Positions 43,306 through 44,180 of a stretch of DNA of 44,180 bases are shown here, piece by piece (the stretch's first letter is position 1; every line of letters starts with the position of its first letter). The stretch comes from Thermodesulfovibrionales bacterium (lineage in GTDB: Bacteria; Nitrospirota; Thermodesulfovibrionia; Thermodesulfovibrionales; UBA9159). Position numbers and translations under genes: made by a program. The stretch covers positions 1 through 44,180 of the forward strand of contig JBKBUA010000005.1 of NCBI GenBank assembly GCA_046290845.1, written 5' to 3'. The notes below the pieces were generated by a model, which saw only the letters and a program-made list of their open reading frames with translations, was not told the DNA's origin and did no database searches.

Positions 43306-43411
43306 CTTTAGTTCTCCGTCTTTAGATATAATCGTGAAGTCAAAGTGAGGATGAGGATTGAGGGATGAAAAGGTACGAATCTTCCCTCATCCTGCACCCT
43401 GCACCTCAAGT

Positions 43412-43681
43412 CTACTTCAGACCAATATCAGCAGCAGCCTTTTTAAGAAGGTCTTCATTGCCCTGAACAGCCTTCATCATAGGATTTGTTGTAGCTTTTG
43501 CAGCCTTGATCAGATCATCAGTAGTCTTAAATTTTTTAAGCAAGGTCTCCTTTGAGGCCGCAGGCTTGTTCCCGGGCTTGTGGCACATTGCACATTTCTC
43601 ATCAAAGGTGCCAGCAGATCCTGCAACTGCAAAGGAAAGAACAACAACCATCACAGAAAGGATCGACAAAATCCCTTTCAT
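43412..43681 (-). CDS. Small exported monohaem cytochrome c (89 aa)
   Basis: AAAGGAGGTGAGAAAAA precedes the ATG. Signal peptide. CAMCH motif. Confidence 0.8.
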   Translation of the reverse strand: MKGILSILSVMVVVLSFAVAGSAGTFDEKCAMCHKPGNKPAASKETLLKKFKTTDDLIKAAKATTNPMMKAVQGNEDLLKKAAADIGLK

Positions 43682-43793
43682 TTTTTCTCACCTCCTTTCA
43701 TGGATATCGCCACACCCCCTTAATATATACAGAGGTCGCGAGAGCAAGATTTTTTACTCTATCATATAGATTGATTTTTTCCTGTAACTAAAG

Positions 43794-44180
43794 TTACAGT
43801 GATAAGGACTCTCTCTCAACCTTTTCCATTGCCCTAACTATATCTATCCTCGATACTATTCCTCTCAATCTTCCTTCTCTATCGACAATGATTATTCTCT
43901 TTATTTTCCTCTCGGTAATTGTCTGGACCAATTCATTTAAAGGGGTATCCTCAAAGGCGGTTATGGCAGGAGAGGTCATGATATCAGAGGCCTTCTCACC
44001 TGCCTTCCCTCCCATCCTCTCCTCTGGAAGGATTATCCCTCCAAGCCTCTCAAGGAGATGTGGCTCCTTGTGAATCTCCCTAAAAATGATGTCCGATTCT
44101 GAAACAACGCCTATTACACGATTCTCTTTATCCACCACGGGCATACCACTTATGCGGTTCTTTATCAGTACCCTCGCAAT
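43794..44180 (-). CDS. CBS-domain pair protein, 5'-truncated by the window edge
   Basis: The frame stays open to the window end (...IARVLIKNRISGMPVVDKENRVIGVVSESDI...IKRIIIVDREGRLRGIVSRIDIV). Confidence 0.75.
   Translation of the reverse strand: MARVLIKNRISGMPVVDKENRVIGVVSESDIIFREIHKEPHLLERLGGIILPEERMGGKAGEKASDIMTSPAITAFEDTPLNELVQTITERKIKRIIIVDREGRLRGIVSRIDIVRAMEKVERESLSL

Noticed and set aside
43306-43411. An imperfect inverted repeat (AGGATGAGG ... CCTCATCCT) and a CCTGCAC duplication downstream of the small cytochrome c gene, considered as an intrinsic terminator.
   Set aside because: The stem is interrupted and the loop is about 30 nt, with no following U-tract. This is not convincing as a rho-independent terminator.

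Overview
Chromosomal segment from a respiratory specialist. Its gene content resembles Nitrospirota/anammox-type N-oxide metabolism, but the taxon cannot be fixed from sequence alone. The first ~1 kb looks decayed: it holds a helix-hairpin-helix C-terminal remnant of a radical-SAM DNA-repair-type gene and one strongly folded ~110-nt element. Four ordinary genes follow: a flavin-reductase-like protein, an EamA transporter, homoserine dehydrogenase and a Zn-ribbon response regulator. After these, 30 consecutive minus-strand genes (36717 down to 4627) form one respiratory supercluster with almost no intergenic space. In transcription order the supercluster contains: (1) a sigma54 promoter, a dihaem cytochrome c and a TAT/clade-I-type nosZ; (2) a split nosR, a nosR(C-half)::nosD fusion and nosFY; (3) a maturation set made of a cupredoxin-like protein, a DUF1573 protein with an in-frame TGA, a TAT-exported transglutaminase-like protein and a TlpA-like thioredoxin; (4) module B, made of a cupredoxin-like protein, a CydA-like 'bd-like' membrane protein, two membrane-anchored monohaem cytochromes c and a dihaem-c::EB_dh fusion; (5) two NosL-like proteins, a MacB/FtsX-type ABC system and a Cys-rich membrane protein; (6) a tandem USP and a radical SAM/SPASM protein; (7) module A, a second CydA-like + 2 cytochrome c triad; (8) a TorD-like chaperone and the alpha/beta/gamma subunits of a periplasmic NXR/NAR-like type II molybdoenzyme. 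Upstream of the supercluster lies a regulatory island. It contains a sensor kinase with a CxxCH haem-c motif in its outer domain. It also contains a four-gene, translationally coupled operon: corrinoid protein, URO-D/MT2-like protein, GAF histidine kinase and sigma54 activator. I saw no rRNA, tRNA, CRISPR array, transposase or integrase. Many track ORFs are antisense shadows of these genes.
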